Source: Bacteroidota bacterium
Lineage (GTDB): Bacteria; Chlamydiota; Chlamydiia; Chlamydiales; FEN-1388
Reading direction: 5' to 3'
Assembly (NCBI GenBank): GCA_013285825.1
Contig: JABDGV010000002.1
Coordinates: 132,245 to 196,244 of the forward strand
DNA: 64,000 nucleotides
Below, one piece after another: positions 1-10,300 of this stretch. Under the pieces are notes generated by a model. It worked only from the letters and a program-made list of their open reading frames with translations. It did no database searches and was not told where the DNA came from. Position 1 is the first letter of the stretch. Each line of letters opens with the position of its first letter. The translations under genes were made by a program, and so were the position numbers.

Positions 1-431
1 ATTTGTTCATTGTGGATTTGGTCATGGATAATTTGCTGCAATGCATTGGGTTTTGTCTGCTCTTTATGCAGCTCTTCATCTTTGATCATTTTTGCTATTT
101 TTGCATTTGACTCGGCCCATTTATCCAACATCTGCAAGATGATTTGCTGCTGTTGTATTGCCAAGGTTTTTAGGTCAAGAGTTGCTCCGCCTGTTTTATC
201 AATTGAGAAATGTTGTGGAAAGTTTGCGGCAATAGTCAAAAAAAGCGCAGGAGGAAGATAGGGAGGCGGCATTACCGATAGAACTTCTGCGGCCTCTTCA
301 GCTTCGCTTCTTTTGGAAGCAGGTTTTGATTCATCTTTAGATATAGAGCCATCTTCTTCTTCTTGCTCTTCAAATTTTGTAAACCATGTTTCCAGACTAA
401 GATTATCGCCCTTGACTGAATCTAAACTCAT
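1..431 (-). CDS. hypothetical protein, N-terminal part only (3' end lies beyond window start); acidic N-terminus
   Basis: Not in the ORF track because it has no in-window stop. Reading the minus strand from the ATG at 431-429 gives MSLDSVKGDNLSLETWFTKFEEQEEEDGSISKDESKP..., open to position 1. A GGAGG lies about 10 nt upstream, inside the last codons of the upstream 1253-aa gene, so the pair looks like a tight operon. Confidence 0.55.
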   Translation of the reverse strand, partial: MSLDSVKGDNLSLETWFTKFEEQEEEDGSISKDESKPASKRSEAEEAAEVLSVMPPPYLPPALFLTIAANFPQHFSIDKTGGATLDLKTLAIQQQQIILQMLDKWAESNAKIAKMIKDEELHKEQTKPNALQQIIHDQIHNEQ

Positions 432-437
432 AATTTT

Positions 438-3400
438 TTAACCTCCAAGCATGACGGGGGGTTGGTTTCTCTTATCCGTATTCGTTCTCGTAATAATTGA
501 AAAATCGCGAATGATTGATTTTGCAGGATCGATTAAGTAGTTCAAGAAAACATTTTGGAAACTGGAGAGTTTTGACACGCTTTGAATAAAATTTTGAATT
601 CCTACAGTGTCGCCTCCAGTAATTTGTGCAACCTCATTGATACGATCTCTATAAAGTTTTGTAGCATTCTGTTTGAATTGGATTTCTTTATCCTTAATAT
701 GTTTAGCTTTAACATCTTTCACGGCCTCCTGTAGCCTAAAAATAACTTCTTGAGGAGAAGGGGTAAACAGTTTTTGTATGATGGCTGTTTCAGTATTTGA
801 TAAGTTGCTTTCAGCGAGAGTGTAATTGAGAAGCGCTTGTGACTGTGGAATTGTGAGAGCGCCTGTTTTTGTAGCAAGAAGAAGAGCTGCAAGCTCTTCA
901 TTTGTGAGTGTGCTTCCAGAGGTAGATGTACTTCCTGGCGGAGGGGTAGTAAGTAAGCTTGATCCAGAGACTTGTGCTATCAATGATTGCTGGGTAGAGG
1001 GTGGAAGTTTTTGAAAGTTTGCTACGAGATTGCTGAGTATTTCCGATGGGAGGACGTTCCCTAAAGCAATAGGGTTTTGGGTCGTTGTGCCAGTTGTTGC
1101 GGTTGTCCCTGCAGTTGCAGTTGTACCGCTTGAACTTGTACCGCTTGAACTTGTACCACCAGAACTTGTACCGCTTGAAGAGGCAGGCGGTGTAAATGCA
1201 TTAATTACCGCTTGGATGACGGCTTGATCAGGAGTGTTTGTTGATGATCCGAGCTCTGCTTCAGCTATATTGATATTATTTTGATTAGCTGCAAGTAGAT
1301 CGGGGTTGGATTTGACTGCGTTAATTTGTTGTTGGAAATAGGAGGTAAGTTGTTGCTGGAACGCAGTCGTTCCTGGTTTTGCCGAAAATACAATTCCATC
1401 CGCATTAAGTTTCTGAATTGCAGCATCGACCTGTGCTTGTCCTCCAGGCAGAAGGGCTGCAGGATTTAGGCCCAATTGGGCTGTAATATAGAGGAACGAA
1501 AGCGTTGTGGCATCGCCTGCTGATACACCGCCACTTTGGAGTATTCCACCAAGTGCAGGTCCAAAAGCGCCTATGCTTTCGGCAAGTAATGCTGCAGTGG
1601 TTTGATCAAGTCCAAGGCTTGCAAATGCCTGTGCTTGATTGGCTGTAGCTCCGCTTGCTTTAGCCAGAACCTGATCGATGGGAAGATTTGCTTCCTGGCC
1701 AGTGAGTGATGCAAGAAGGAGAAGAAGGATTTTTTTAAGTGCAGCTATTAAGCTAAGCAATTTTTTGAAATCATCAGATGAAAGATCTTCAGATCCTGAA
1801 ATGCCGCTGAGAGTTGCAGCGGCATTTTTAAGTAAAAGTTCATCATTGCCTGCAGCAGTGAGAAGGTTATTCGTGAGGGAGGTGTTAATTGCACCATTTA
1901 AATCCTTATCTTTATCAGGAATATCACCCACTTCATCTGTAGTAATTCCCAGTTGGGATGTCTGTTGAGTTTGGCCTTGAAGTTTCGACAGCGCTTGCAA
2001 TCCTGCGGTTAAAGAAAGTTGTTCGAGTAGATTCTTTGTCGGTTGGTCGGCAAGAAATTTTTCCATCACCTGATTGATCGTATAGGTGGTTTGAGCGCCT
2101 GGTGCGAAGGGATTTGCAACACTCAGTCCAGACCCGCCGCCTAAGTTTGAAGGGTTTACTGCAGGAAATTTTTGAAGAACTCTGGTTGTTTGCGAAGTGC
2201 CATAGGTTGATCCCTTGGCAGTTGATGAAATATTAGAGGCTATAAAGGCGAGCACATCATAGTAGTTTGCCGTTTGCATGCTTGCAGCACCTGAAGCAAA
2301 TGCGTTTGAAGATAAGAAATGGCCAAAGGCATTTTGAAGGAAAGCAGGAATGCGAATCGGTATTATTTGTTGCTGGTAAAATAAGGGTATTGGATTTGAT
2401 CCTGAGAGGAGGATACTTGAAATAGAGGGAAATTGATTGAGTACTGCAAGTTGATTATTAATTGATTCAATATTGGCATTAAAGGCTGTTATTTGGGCAG
2501 GTGTCGCCGTTGTTGGTGGAACACTTACATAGTCAAGTTGAGGTGGTGCAGGGACTCCGCTCACACCTCCAAAAGGAGGAATTGTTGAGGTAGGATTGGG
2601 TAAATTTGGTGGCACAGGAACCAGTGGTGGGGGTGTAAGAGTCGGGTCGGCACCCAATACATTGAAGTAGTTTTGGGAATCTGGCGGGGATATATTAGCA
2701 GCATTAATTCCTGCGGCTGCTGTTCCACCGAGGGCATTCGTTTGGTTGATGAGGTCGTTCGTCTGGTTATTAAACTGAGACAATTGAGCATTGACTCCAG
2801 TATTGGCCTTGTTAATAGCCGTGTTTATTAGTGATATTGAATTATTGAAAGAGTTGTAATCAGCTAAGATTGTACTGTAATTGTTTTCGTTTTGTGTCTG
2901 TACCTGGGCGTCATAGGATAAGTCGGCCGTATAGATAATTGTAGCCCAAAGGTCTTGTGCTTGTATGACTCCTCCTGCACCTAGAACGTCATTAGTCTGG
3001 CCTTGGAGTCGTATTCGGTTTTGGTTTGTCTCAGCATCAGAAAGCGATCTTGTAAGCTCGTTAATCATGACCTCAATGCTTGTAATTATTGCCATGAGCC
3101 CCTTCATTGAAAGAGATGTTCCTGGTGGCGGCAGGGTAGGTATTGTGGCGACGCTTGAAATAATACCTGCACTCGATTGCTGATTATTCTTGAGGTTGGC
3201 TTCTGCAGCAGCGACTGCTGCGTCTGTAAATGTAGCATTAAGCGTAGGATAGGCTGCATTGTGCGCATTTTCTGCAGCTTGATCGTTTGTCTGTGCTTGA
3301 TTGTAGGCATTTTGGACCATAGTTTGAGCGGCGTTTTGAGCAATAGTAATATACGTCGACCAGTTGTCTTCTACATTGGTTCCTGTTGCAGCCGCTGATT

Positions 3401-4199
3401 CAAAAGTATTGTAGATACCAGCAAGATCATTTGCATAGGTACTGAGAGCATTATTCAGAGTGGTCGTTGCAGATCCCCTTTGGCTGACAAGGGAATTAAT
3501 TGTTGAGACATCGTTATTCACTTGTGTTTGAGCATTATCAACTTGCGTTAAAGTTGCTTGGCCTAAATCAAGTTGAAAAGAGAGAACATCGCCATTCACC
3601 ACATCTGAGATACTGTTAACCCGAGCTAATGAAATTTCTGAATCTAAGTAGCGGTAGGCGTTGAAGGCGTTCAAAAGCGTGGTATAATCGTTTATCATAG
3701 TATTGTTTTGGTTCTGGAGGGAATTGTATGCGGATGAAGTTAATCCTGCTCCTCCAGGAAATGATGATACATCGCCGCCCAGGTTATTTATCTGTTGAGA
3801 AATCGTATTAAGGGAAGTAGTGGTATCCCACATCTGCTTTTGAGCAAGAGCTGTAATGTAGGCAACTGCTGAGTTGTAGTAACTGTTTGCGGATGCTGAA
3901 TATTGTGCACCAATGACTTGCAAGGAGTTTATACTAAGAGTAAAGCCTGCAGTAGCAGTATTAAGTGCATTCAGATTAGCTGTTGTTTGATTGGCATTAT
4001 ACGTAGCTAAGGCTGATTCATAAGTATTGGCGGCACTTTGAGTAGCACTATACTGTATGTTGTAGTTGGTATTCGCTGAATTCAGATCAGATAGGCTTGT
4101 GTTATAGACAGGTTGGGTTGAGGAAATTATACTGTCTATCTGTGCTTCGCTGGTAAAGCCCGAAATGCTTGGGCCTCCTGGAGTTGCTACCGTTCCCAT
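438..4199 (-). CDS. large Asn/Gln/Ser/Thr/Ala-rich low-complexity protein with no Sec signal; candidate secreted (T3S) substrate
   Basis: Uninterrupted 1253-aa ORF with AAGGAG 8 nt upstream of the ATG. The N-terminal half consists of degenerate N/Q/S/T/A/Y helical repeats. There is a central Pro-rich linker (PPPLVPVPPNLPNPTSTIPPFGG) and a Gly/Ala-rich hydrophobic stretch (ESIGAFGPALGGILQSGGVSAG...LSFLYITAQLGL). A (GTSSS)n/(GTTAT)n tract is also present. Confidence 0.8.
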   Translation of the reverse strand: MGTVATPGGPSISGFTSEAQIDSIISSTQPVYNTSLSDLNSANTNYNIQYSATQSAANTYESALATYNANQTTANLNALNTATAGFTLSINSLQVIGAQYSASANSYYNSAVAYITALAQKQMWDTTTSLNTISQQINNLGGDVSSFPGGAGLTSSAYNSLQNQNNTMINDYTTLLNAFNAYRYLDSEISLARVNSISDVVNGDVLSFQLDLGQATLTQVDNAQTQVNNDVSTINSLVSQRGSATTTLNNALSTYANDLAGIYNTFESAAATGTNVEDNWSTYITIAQNAAQTMVQNAYNQAQTNDQAAENAHNAAYPTLNATFTDAAVAAAEANLKNNQQSSAGIISSVATIPTLPPPGTSLSMKGLMAIITSIEVMINELTRSLSDAETNQNRIRLQGQTNDVLGAGGVIQAQDLWATIIYTADLSYDAQVQTQNENNYSTILADYNSFNNSISLINTAINKANTGVNAQLSQFNNQTNDLINQTNALGGTAAAGINAANISPPDSQNYFNVLGADPTLTPPPLVPVPPNLPNPTSTIPPFGGVSGVPAPPQLDYVSVPPTTATPAQITAFNANIESINNQLAVLNQFPSISSILLSGSNPIPLFYQQQIIPIRIPAFLQNAFGHFLSSNAFASGAASMQTANYYDVLAFIASNISSTAKGSTYGTSQTTRVLQKFPAVNPSNLGGGSGLSVANPFAPGAQTTYTINQVMEKFLADQPTKNLLEQLSLTAGLQALSKLQGQTQQTSQLGITTDEVGDIPDKDKDLNGAINTSLTNNLLTAAGNDELLLKNAAATLSGISGSEDLSSDDFKKLLSLIAALKKILLLLLASLTGQEANLPIDQVLAKASGATANQAQAFASLGLDQTTAALLAESIGAFGPALGGILQSGGVSAGDATTLSFLYITAQLGLNPAALLPGGQAQVDAAIQKLNADGIVFSAKPGTTAFQQQLTSYFQQQINAVKSNPDLLAANQNNINIAEAELGSSTNTPDQAVIQAVINAFTPPASSSGTSSGGTSSSGTSSSGTTATAGTTATTGTTTQNPIALGNVLPSEILSNLVANFQKLPPSTQQSLIAQVSGSSLLTTPPPGSTSTSGSTLTNEELAALLLATKTGALTIPQSQALLNYTLAESNLSNTETAIIQKLFTPSPQEVIFRLQEAVKDVKAKHIKDKEIQFKQNATKLYRDRINEVAQITGGDTVGIQNFIQSVSKLSSFQNVFLNYLIDPAKSIIRDFSIITRTNTDKRNQPPVMLGG
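1084..1180. repeat. in-frame tandem repeat (about 15-bp units, gtaccgcttgaactt x about 4, preceded by a degenerate 12-15 bp periodicity)
   Basis: Direct reading of 1123-1180 shows four consecutive 15-bp units with 0-4 mismatches. On the minus strand they encode SSSGTSSGGTSSSGTSSSGTTATAGTTATTGTT. Confidence 0.85.
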
Positions 4200-4349
4200 G
4201 TCATTATTCTCCTTTTAAATTTCCCGGTAGGAGGGAAAGGAGGAAAATGCTTGTACTGTGCATTTTTGAATTCTTGGTATGTTTGAATTCTTGACTGAGT
4301 ACAAGTACTCCTTACACTAGAGATTGTACCACAAAGACAATAATTTTTT

Positions 4350-7300
4350 TTACTTATATGTCTCTTTAATTAAAGTACTTAAAATTTCACTCCTATATTT
4401 GATTTCCTCTTCATTGAGCTTCTTAATGTCCGACGGCTCTTGTGTTTCCTCTCTGAGTTTATTGATATCTGCTATTTTCCACTCGGGATCATTAACTGTT
4501 ATATTGAGGAGTTCATGGCTTTGCCTTGCCCATTTAATAATAACTTCCTCAGAGAGAGAAGTGCTTTGGATGAGTGCGTGAAGTTTATTGAAAATAGCAG
4601 TAGAGACCTGTCTATCCCAGCAAGTTGTTAGGATTTTCTCTACATGCGAATGTATAGTAAAAATGTTCTTATTTTGAATATTGCCCTTTTCCTCTACACG
4701 GTAGAGAGTCTCAAGCTCTTTGATTAAGGATCCAAGCGGCTTAGTATTTTCAGTTTCATAGGTAACGGATGGAACGCCTAGCTGTATTTTTTCCCAGTTG
4801 GTTATGGGTGCTAGGGCTGTTTTGAGAAATTTGATAAAGGTGCGTATTTGCTCTTGAGTATTTGCTTTTTCAGAGGGGAGAAAGCTTAAGCGCAGCCCTA
4901 AAATAATAGCTGAATTCATATGGCTTTTATTCTCTGGAGGAAGAGGCGCTAGGTCAATAAGCCCAGATGCGAGATTTGCAAGCGTTGAGCAATACAGCGA
5001 GGGCTCTATTTTCGCATTCTTTATCATCACGGTATCAGAGTACAATTGGGTGAGGAGTTGGGATGAGTTCACTAAGCTTGATATTTCATCCAAGGTAATG
5101 GTCGATTCTTTTTTCTTCTCAAGCTCAGAAATTGTCTCTAAAATCGACTCTTGCGCCACGTCAAATCGTGAGCTTGTTTGAAGGATTGCCAGCCTTTTCA
5201 ATCCTGCCTCATTAGTATGGTCACTAGGGTTTTTTTTCAGTTCCTTGTCAAAATAATCAATTTTTTCGATTGCTGTCATATCCCCAATGACCTCTTCTTC
5301 TCTATATCTTTGCCAAGAAGATGCTATAGGTTTCAAAGCGTTCATAAGCTCTGAAGGTCTATTTGATTCTCGAAGAGTTGAGAAATGAGAGGGATCAATG
5401 GAAAGCTTAAGCTTTTTAGCAAGCTCGCCTAATTTTTCAACCCCCTCTTTCCTTGACTCCACCATTTTTTCCAGAGCGTCAATGGAGAGCAGCTCTTTAA
5501 AATAGTTGTTTGTAGGACGCGGGGCGGACTGTAAACATTCAACAAAATTTGGATGTGCTGTTGCTGTTTTGATCGTATTTTTAAAGTTGCGAAAGTGGTC
5601 ATTAAGCTCTTTTTCTTTAAGAGTCAGTTCATTGAGCGCTTCGTTAATTTTTGTTGTGTATTCCAGCTTTCCATGCGCAACAGTGGGAGGATTTTGGAGC
5701 GCATGTATATAAGATGAACGATGTGTTTCAAATGAATTAAAGATTTTTTCAATCTCTTTTAGCTCTTTTTGGCTCGTACAATACGACTCTGCGAGAGCAA
5801 TACGCTCTTTTCCTTGGGGGGTGAGCCTTTTATCCTCTTCAAGCCCTTTAAGCGTTGTCACCATTTGATTACGCATGAGCAGGCGCAGAGATTCAATCTG
5901 CGGAGTGCTGCTTTTGGCTTCATCAAGGCGGCTTATGGTGCTTTTGATTTCATATCGAGCTGTTTTATCCGTTGCGGCTGCCTCTGTTTGTTCAAGAACT
6001 GTCTGTTCAAACAGCTTCCAATTATGATGTAAACAGCTTTCATCAACCTCTAATCCAGAATGCAATTCTTTGAGGGAATAAGATGTAGAGCGTAAGAAAA
6101 GTTCAATGTCCGTTTCCAGCTTATTTAGCGTCTGGTACATGAACTCATTGATAGGAAGCTTTCGATATTCGTCAATATGCTGGAGTGCATCATCGGCAAG
6201 TTCAAGCCGTTTGAGAAGGGTTGGCGATTCATTATTTTGCGGATTTGTATGTATCCATTGGCAGATCTCTTTGATAGTTCTTTCTGTTTGTGCATGTCGG
6301 TATGGGGCGGCTGTTTGCAAGATACTTATTCGGTTATCAATAGTTTGAGCAGCTCCTGCAAGCTGTTCGAGCTCTTCGAGTTCATGCGGGTTGAACACTT
6401 GGCTATTCGAATCGAGGATTGTTTTAAGCGCTCCCTGATTCTGTTTTAGGTTATATTCGGCTGGTTTAAACCAGCGCTTAATTCTTCCAAGAAGCCGCAT
6501 GATCGCCGATGTCGGTTTTGGTTCAAAGATAATGCGCTCGCCTATTTTTCGAATGAGTGTTCCTTGCCCAGGTTTTAGAACTGCTCTAATTTTTAAATAA
6601 CTGGTTTTTACGTCTGCAGCTATGCTCTCTTTTCCTTGCGGAACTGGAGGGGAGATTGTGTGGTTAAGCAGATGTTCTACAACATGCTTAGGGGATGCAA
6701 AAGTGGCTCCGCTTAATTCTGAGACAAGCATGGTCGCGCCTGTGAGGCCAGTTTTTAAGTGAAATTTTTCTAGATGATCAATGCCTTTTTCATCTTTCCA
6801 GGAGAAAACCATGCTCTGAGATGAATCAAGAGGGTGCCAGGCGATATTTTTTTCCGAGGCAAGAAGTGCTGCTATCTGGTTATTCCAAAATGAAAAAGTA
6901 CCCATGGTATAGGTAAAGAGCCCTTTGAAAAAGGAGGAAATCTGTATATTGATTTTTGTGATGAGCGAGAGTTCAGACTTGGGGGCTTTTGGAGCAACTT
7001 TCTGAAGGGTAGCTTCTTGGAGCTGGTATTCTTTAAGCAGCTTATTTAAAAGGAGCGTTTCTTGTTTTAAATAGGAAGGATCGGTTTTCTTATCTTCGGC
7101 ATTGAGGCGTATTTTTTCTTGAATGGCTCGGACTCTCTCATTCTCAGGTAGGCTCTCGATGAAATATTGTACCATATGTAAGTAGTCTGTGTTGGACTCC
7201 AAATCTACTTTCTTCTCTTTAGGCACTGGCTTTTCAACTTTAGTTGTCGGGTCGATCCCTCGGATAAGGGAGTCGTAAAGAGCGCGAAGATTCTTGGCGA

Positions 7301-10300
7301 TTACCCTGCACTCAACCATCCTCTCTTCTAAGTTTTGATTTGAGGGGAGTTTTTGCAGCTTTTCAAAACACTCCGCTTCTCTTTTTTCATAAGATTTGAT
7401 TTCACCTAAGAGCAGGTTTCCGACCGCACGCTGTGAAAAAATTGCATTGTAGAGCTCGATTTTTTTGGGTGTATCTTTCGCCTGAAAGGCTTTAATAATC
7501 TCTGAAGGCTCTGTAAGAGGTTTATCTTCCGATAGCAAGTGAGATAAGAGTTTTTGCTCCGTCTCTCCCAAAGATAAAAACCAATTTTCAGAGCAATCTA
7601 AAAAGCTGATCCGCTCTTTATTATCGATATCGGTGGCGTTATTGAAGAGGTAGCAAAGAAGCCCATACGCCTTTTTTTGCATCTCTCGAGCCATGGGGGA
7701 TGTGGTTTTTGTTGTCTCAGAGAGAAGGGGTTTAACGATTTTTTGCCCCTCTTCAGATAATTTTGGGAAAAGAGCATTTTTTTCTTTATCAGAAAGAAGA
7801 GGAAAGAGAGTTCTCTTCTCGTCGAGAGAAAGATTGTCGATGTAGTTGTTGTTTTTAAGCAGGGTATAGATTTCTTGGGCTTTTTCGAGGCCAAATTTTT
7901 CAAGGGTCGAGGGTTGAAGGATGCGGCGATCTTCGATTGTTATATCTTTTTGATGCTTCAAAATGAGTTCAATATCTTCTCTTTTGGGCTTTGTTTTTAC
8001 CTGCTCATACTGTTTAAACCAGTTCCAGGAATCGGGAATATTAAGCTCATTTTGATACGATTGCATATTGCAGACGGTGTAAAGGAGGTCGGAGCGCTCT
8101 TTATCGGAGAGAAGAAAGTAATCCTGAATGGTCATTGAGGTTATTTTTTGCTTGAGTTTCGGGTCAAGTGCCCAATACCTTTTGCAAAGCTCCAAGTCGT
8201 GCAAAACGTTTCCATTTGAATCTTTTGCTTTGTCTCCCAATGCTTTGAGAATAGTTTTACGAAGAGTTTCATTGTTTTTAAGAGCCGTTGGCGTTCCAAC
8301 AAAGGAGCGATCTCTTCCAAGAGAATCAAAGACAACGAGGCAAAGGCGCGCAACTCTGTCTGGAGTTGTTTTGCTATCTAAAAGCTCTTTAGTTTCGCTC
8401 TTGGACAGTTTATTCGTGATTATTGCAAGTTCAACGAGATGAGTTCTTTCGTCTTTTGTTAAGTCTTTGGTAAATCTCTCTACTCTGAGAGGGTCGACGG
8501 CGCTTGCAGGCAGAAGCTGTCTATGTACAAGGCGGGTCAAGCTCTCTGTGTGGTATCCTGCAAAGTCGAAGAGATCATTTGTCTCTTCTGAGAGTGTTTG
8601 GCCTAATTGACTTGAAGCTTGCGAGAGGGCGCTAAAGAAAAGGGGAGCCCCTTCTGCAACTCTAGGTCCAATTGCATGCACCATTCTCCCCAAACTGCGG
8701 GTAAGTGATTTAATGAGAAATTTACTCGTTACAATGTCAATTACAACTCCCGTGCCCCATAAACCCCATGAGGCTCCCTTCCAGCCAAGCCAAGAGCCGT
8801 CCTTATCAAGTGATTGTTTTTTAAGGTTCTGAGCAAATTCTTGAGGCTTGCCTATCATAAGACGATTTGCAGCATTTTGAGCCTTATTTTGGAGCTTATT
8901 GCCTGTTTGCAAGCCCTGGAGGGCTAATTCAGAAAGTTTGGATTGAACGCGTGCTGCTTCACGCAGGTTTTCTGTTGCCGAAACTGTGGTAAGGGTTGCG
9001 CTTCCTAAAAATGATTTAAGAAAGCCGCTCCATGAACTTGTAAGCGAGTCGACAGTTTTAATATCCAAATTTTTACCAATGAGAACTTCGGCAGATTTTC
9101 CTGCCTGTTCTAATGCAACTGTTGTTTGCTGAAACAGGTAGCTTCCTAAACTTGTACTTGCAGCTTTTAAGATTTTTTCTTCCTGCTGACTCGCAGAAAG
9201 GGTGGCTGCCCCAATTTTTATCGTTTTAACGCAAGGGTCGAGGATTTTGGCTTTAAAATCCTCAAAGGAGGTAGATAGGGAAATACCAAAGTCGTCTTTG
9301 AACTTATTTGCATAGGCATCAAAGGCGCCTTTAAGCGCATCATTTCGAGCAGTCTCAAATTGGCTTGCTGCCATTGTTTTTGCATTTTCAAGAGCTGGCT
9401 TTAGATAATTTGTCCAAATTCCCTCTTCGCTATTTCTTAAGTATTGGCAGGATTGGAGCAGATATTCACCGGCAGTTCCTGATGCATTTATGGCGAACTC
9501 AGATATTTTTAAAGAGGCTGCTGTTGCAAATTCTGTGCAGCCAAAGGTTGACATAAGCCCTGTAACTGCTGTTTGAGCTAATTCCATACCTGCAAAATTC
9601 TCAAGTACAAACCCAGTTCCATTAAATAGGCCGGAAAGCACACTTGAAAGATATTCACTATTCCCCAAATTAAGAAGGTATGAAAGCGTCTCTCCAAGGT
9701 AGTATTCGCTGCCTCCTAAGGCTTTACCTGCAAGCGATATTCCACCATGCACAAGGCCTTTGGTTCGAAGGTCTGCTGAAATTTTGTCTTCAAGAACGAC
9801 CGTGTCGAGCACTCTCTTATCTGTTTCAACTTGTTTCTTGGAGGAATCGGATACTGGCTTTGAGCCCCTAATATCGAGCAGTTTTTGCGTCAGTATTTGG
9901 CGTGTTTTTAAGCTTTTTTCAGCAGCGCTGAGTGTGCTATTTTCAAGAGCTTGAATTTCAGGAGCTGCCATCTCCTCAATTTTGTTGATGACATCATTGG
10001 GCAGTTCGATCATATCGATTTTTTGATCGAGAAGAGTCTTGAACTGGATCTGTTTTTTTATGGGCAGATTTTCGGTAATAAATGAAGCTAATTTATCAAA
10101 ATCCTTTTCTAGCTTTTGAAGATCCATTTTTGTGTATGGCAGCTCAGATTTGAGAAATTCAATGAGGGCAAAACGATCTTCTTGAGAAAGCTGTTTGAGA
10201 TCTTGTGGAGAAAAACAGCCCAGCTCTTTTTGTTTATTAGAGGGCAGTTGATTGAAGGCAATAAGGGCTAAGGTTTCAATAGCGGGCAGGTCAAAGGTAC

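Noticed and set aside
10-261. 83-aa plus-strand ORF at the window start
   Set aside because: Cys/Ile-rich nonsense-like translation. It lies antisense to a better-supported minus-strand CDS (ATG 431, strong GGAGG, open to position 1).
1020-1060. F-box-like 'LPSEILSNLVANF' in the 1253-aa protein
   Set aside because: Only the first 6-8 residues resemble the F-box start. The downstream hydrophobic and Trp positions of the roughly 45-aa F-box are absent, so it is probably chance in a low-complexity protein.
438-4199. 1253-aa N/Q/S/T-rich protein as a flagellin or hook-associated axial protein
   Set aside because: The composition is superficially similar, but the conserved N-terminal and C-terminal axial-protein heptad segments are not recognisable, and no flagellar genes are nearby.
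4291-4318. Sigma70-like TTGACT-N16-TACACT on the plus strand in the 4200-4349 spacer
   Set aside because: It points away from the 1253-aa gene and into the antisense of the 2386-aa gene's 3' end. The only downstream plus ORF (4324-4581) looks spurious. It could drive an antisense RNA, but there is no supporting evidence.
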